From Vitrella brassicaformis CCMP3155 (Eukaryota; Protista; Chromerida): DNA of 64,000 nt. Below, one piece after another: positions 60,273 to 64,000 of this stretch (the stretch's first letter is position 1; every line of letters starts with the position of its first letter). The translations under genes were made by a program, and so were the position numbers. Under the pieces are notes generated by a model. That model saw only the letters and a list, made by a program, of their open reading frames with translations, had not been told where the DNA came from and did not search any database. The stretch spans positions 186,001-250,000 of the forward strand of contig CDMY01000677.1 in the NCBI GenBank assembly GCA_001179505.1, read 5' to 3'.

Positions 60273-62911
60273 ATGTCGAGCAGGGAGGAGCCCAACTTGG
60301 AACGGCTTCTGCAGTCGCTGCTGCCTCGTCTGGCCGCCTTGCCCACCACTCATGAGCGGCTGCGAGTCGTCAGCCCCCTCGACATCATTGACCACAGCAT
60401 CCCTGAGTCAGCCACAACGACCCCTTTCGGCCACACGCCCCGCGTCAAGATCAGGATCTTCCGCAAAGTGCGAGCATTCGGCTTCCGGGACGTGGCTGTC
60501 GTCGGCCACTACTATGGATCTATGCCGCGGGTGGAGGACCGATTTGCGCAGCTGCTGCGGGCCGAGGAGCCGCGGATGAGCGGCTGCTGGTTCATGCTGG
60601 GAACAGGTGGGCAAAAGGGCCATAGTGAGGGTTCACATTCGTGTCATGATGAGAAGTGCTCTGTGCTTTGTCAGGCGACGATGAGGCGTTGTCACGGCTG
60701 GAGGCGTCCGGCATCCCCAATGTGATGCTCGACTACACATTCCGCAACCCCTGCACAGGCAGCAGCTCACTCGACAGCCTCAAGACCACCATCGGCCGCA
60801 TCCATGAGCACTTCAAACAGCTCGACAGGGAGGTGGGCATGGCTGCCGACAATGACGGCATGCCTCACTTGGACGACCAGGCGAGTCAGTCGGGCTACCG
60901 GGAGCTGAAGCGCGATCACCTGTACATCAACTTTGTGGATCTGCTGGACTTCAACATCACCATGGACGCGCCAGAAGTGAAGGTGGGACCTCACCGGTGA
61001 CTGTGATTGCCAGAGGACGATACTCATGCATTCCATGTGGCGCTTTCCATGTGCAGAAAGTGATGGATTACCTGTCGTCTGAGAGAATACCGATTCTGAA
61101 AGGCATCTGTTTTGAGGGTGCGAGAGGCATTGCGTTTGCTGATGAGTACGGCGATGTGACTCAGCGCCTCCGGTGAGCGCCAAGACAGAGCAGTGCACTG
61201 AGCCCACTGTACTTGTTATTCTGTCTCCAGCGCCTTGTTCCCTGCGAGTGACTTCAAGTTGCTGGTGCACTCACACGCTGGGCCGCACGGCGACAACTCA
61301 CAGGCGGCGGCATTGGAGTGTGTCCGTCGGGGGGCAGACGGCGTCTGGGCAGGCTTCATCCCTCAGGCCGCACAGACGGGCCACAACTGCTCATTGCAGT
61401 ATCTGGGCTACCTGCACAGCTCCGGCAACAACCAAGTCGCGCAACTCTACAATCTAAACACGGTGAGATAACAGGGGCGGGCCATCCGGCATCCAGAACA
61501 ATATTCTAAGATGCCGCGTTGTGTTGTTCTGCAGGCTGTTGAGACGGCCCGATCGCTGCATGAGTTGAGTTTCCCCGGCGAGCCCATCCCAGCCGACTGC
61601 CCCATCTTCGGCAGCAACGCCTACTCGTGGGTCCACAGCGTCTTCAGACACGACAGACGGACACCGAGAGGGCTGCCTGCACGAGCGGTGAGCCAGCGGC
61701 AAGCACTAGGTAGCACTAAGAGAGGACATAGACACGTGTGTTGCTCCCCGTCAACAGGTTGGTGCGACAGAGGGTGCGCGGTTTGCTGGCATGACGACCG
61801 ATGTCGACATGCTCATCCAGCGACTGGACGGCCTCATTGGCAGCGATTTTTCTTCGATGCAGCCTGATGCGAAGAAGGTCTCCGCATTGGGCGTTGTGAC
61901 AGCGATCCAGCTCCTGCTGAGTAAAGAACATCAGTGCAACTTCAACGACCCCGACAACCTCAGATACATCTACAGACACGTGAGAGGAGCAGTAAAGGCA
62001 GAAGCAACAGAGAGAAGACGGGAGATGACTTTCGTTGTGCTTGTAGGTCGACAAGGTGGGTTTTGGCGTTTCTGACACGGCCTCTCTCATCAAGAGGCCA
62101 CACATACGCCATCTGCGGCAGTGGCTGAGACGGCCCTCCCAAGATGCGCGTCTCCAACTGCTCTACAGGTGAGAGGAGAGGTGTGTGAACCAAGCAGTGA
62201 ATACGCGAAGAGGACTGTCTCTCTTGTCTGTCAGGTCGACACGTGATGGTGACAGCTTTGATGACCTCATGAGCAAGGTGGGGTCGGCTCGCGGTCTGCT
62301 GTTCGCCGTCAAGCACAACAACAACAAGTTCGGCGTCTTCTTCGACGGCTCCCTCAACCAACCGAGCGACCCGAAATCCGACCAGACGACCAGAGGCGAC
62401 CTCTTCTTTTCGCTCAGCGGCAGCTTCCCTCAGCCCACACAGATCCACCCATCGCAAGACAGACAGCGGGTGGATGTAGCCGGGAGGGACGGGGCTGTGC
62501 AGGGGACCGGCGGGGCATCCGGCAAGATCGTGATGGCAGATGGCTACCTCTGGCTGGCGTATTCGAGGTCGTCCACTCCGTCGCCCTCCATCCTCAGCTG
62601 CCATCACTGGATCGACAAAGACATCACACCACCAGGCTTCACCGGCGGAGAGAGCTCTGACGGTAGAAACATTCTGGCAGACACCATGGGCTTCACGGCT
62701 GACGTCATTGAAGTGTATCAGGTGGGTGCGAAATACACGCACGTGCACGTCAGCGATCATCCCTGCGGTGTGCTATGTGTGTCAGGTGGTGAGAGGCCCC
62801 TTCCCTGCCATCGATCGTGACGCCCTCCTGCCCCTGCCCGTCGACTTCCCCAAACCTCTTCCTGCGAGTGCTCTGTCGTCGCCCGAGAGGACGTGCCGCA
62901 GACCAGCCTGA
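60273..62911 (+). CDS. Divergent DRE-TIM-barrel (HMGL-like) protein fused to a C-terminal TLDc domain
   Basis: IIDHSIPES..GHT..KIRIFRKVRAFGF..RVEDRF and LLVHSHAGPHGDNSQAAALECVRRGADGVWAG..GHNCSLQYL. Continuous in-frame splicing (YRH|VDK|RPHIRHLRQWL..LQLLYR|STRDGDSF..FGVFF..ADVIEVYQ) links it to the TLDc domain. Confidence 0.7.
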
Positions 62912-63299
62912 CTGACTGATTGATCGTGTGATTGTGTGTGGTTGGTGTACTGTCTGTTGGTGTTGGCCTGCGTGTTGGTTTGCGGCAATTGTTTCGCCGC
63001 AACGGTCTTGTGAAGTCAGCCATGTGTGTCGTTCTTTTTGTACGTGTCTGCGCGTCGAGGTGTCCTTTTATCCGAGCCATCGCCGTAGTGTGCACACGAT
63101 TTGTCCTACAACGCTCTACCCTTTTGCGTGCATCACACCGCTTCTTTGTGCAGTGAGGTGATTTTCATGCAAGTCGTGCCGGTACACTTGATGCTGCTGT
63201 CGATGAGCAGCAGAGAGACCACCGCACACGCTGTTGTCTTTCAGCGTCAAGAGATCCGACTTCCATGTCTTCCATGGACGTGCCGTAGCTCGTACCTGA

Positions 63300-63832
63300 T
63301 TGATAGTTGCTGGCCGTCATGAACGGACTCTGACACATCTACTGAGTACGAACAGTTGACTGGATGATGTCCCTTTCCAGGCTGAAAAGCCATCGCATGA
63401 ATGAGTGATCACCACGTTTGTTTCTGTATGGAGCCAGCCAAGCCAGCGGCCGCCTTATACTCGAATGCAGTCAGCCAACCACACCAGGAGGTCGTCTACA
63501 GCCGCAGCAAAGTCACAGCCACCAGCCACTGCCAAACCGCATCCCTTAGCGACAAGATGGCCAGTAAATTGCGTGGGTGTGGTACGGGGTGTGTGGCGGG
63601 GGCCGAGGACTCTTCACTTCGCATGGGCTGATCGCCGCCATCGTTTCTTGCTGCGTGTCTTGGCCTTGGCTTTGCCTGACGGGTGGAAAGACACGCCTAC
63701 ACGTCCACATGCAGATGAAGGAGCCGTGTGTGGTGTGTGTCTCACCTTTGGCGGCTGCCTTGTGCTTTTTGGTGAGCGGGCGCTTCGAGCCAGCATGACT
63801 CGCGGCCCTCCGCGACCTTTCCGCCCACACAC
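63300..63832 (-). pseudogene. Possible 5'-truncated gene fragment (basic, K/R-rich exons) at the right edge of the insertion
   Basis: Spliceable exons SRRAASHAGSKRPLTKKHKAAAK|GVSFHPSGKAKAKTRSKKRWRRSAHAK with a canonical gtgag..gtag intron. No start codon inside the block was identified with confidence. Confidence 0.35.
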
Positions 63833-64000
63833 ATGAACGGCATGGTAACGAGTTGGCATAACTTTAGCACACTCATGTGTCCTTTGCGGGGCCGGACCGA
63901 GGGAACAGACACACCAACGATATGAAATGTAGGCAACGATTGTCTGGGGCACTCAGCACTGAGCCTGTGCCTACATCGAGACACAAACGTGTTCCGCACG
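63833..64000. repeat. Right part of the split inverted homologue of 181-735
   Basis: Reverse-complement match to 181-352, beginning at atgaacggcatggtaacgag. Confidence 0.9.

Larger units (their letters stand above)
58171..63832. mobile_element. 5.66-kb inserted gene-bearing segment flanked by 9-bp near-identical direct repeats (atgaatggc / atgaacggc); no TIR or transposase seen
   Basis: It interrupts a repeat that is contiguous at 181-735. The left edge truncates a JmjC gene and the right edge falls in an apparent exon. The mechanism is unknown. Confidence 0.6.

Noticed and set aside
58171-63832. Classical Mutator/Pack-MULE or Helitron call for the insertion
   Set aside because: The two ends are not inverted repeats, there are no TC..CTRR termini or 3' hairpin that I can see, and there is no transposase. 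It is kept only as an unexplained insertion.
1-64000. Hundreds of 60-200 aa ORFs rich in CVCV, HTHT, CLSV or TDRQ
   Set aside because: These are translations of intronic (CA)n, (GACA)n and (CATC)n microsatellites or antisense shadows of real exons.

Overview
This is intron-rich, GC-rich eukaryotic DNA with short GT-AG introns full of (CA)n, (GACA)n and (CATC)n microsatellites. The style suggests a chromerid alveolate such as Vitrella, which is an inference. Most ORF-track entries are therefore spurious, and the genes below were rebuilt by eye by joining exons across splice sites. About 17 genes or gene relics are present, mostly in head-to-head pairs. They include a NO VEIN-like GHKL-ATPase/DUF3883 protein, an NRF-6-like acyltransferase-3, an F-box-like protein, a DHHC palmitoyltransferase, a three-PAS protein, a degenerate FKBP and a UBE3B/C-like HECT ligase. 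Also present are HGH1, PACRG, an alpha/beta hydrolase, an internally duplicated RING gene, a SWIM-BRCT-HMG protein, a truncated JmjC gene and a DRE-TIM-barrel/TLDc fusion. Four structural signals stand out. (1) A 5.66-kb gene-bearing block (58171-63832) splits a repeat that is intact at the window start; it is flanked by near-identical 9-bp direct repeats and appears to cut genes at both edges. (2) The octamer AGCTCGCA recurs at 7 of 8 divergent gene starts. (3) An inverted copy of the HGH1 bidirectional promoter carries a 60-bp inverted repeat. (4) A ~3.06-kb in-frame tandem duplication has both units sharing an in-frame TAG. No rRNA, tRNA, CRISPR array or transposase was recognised.
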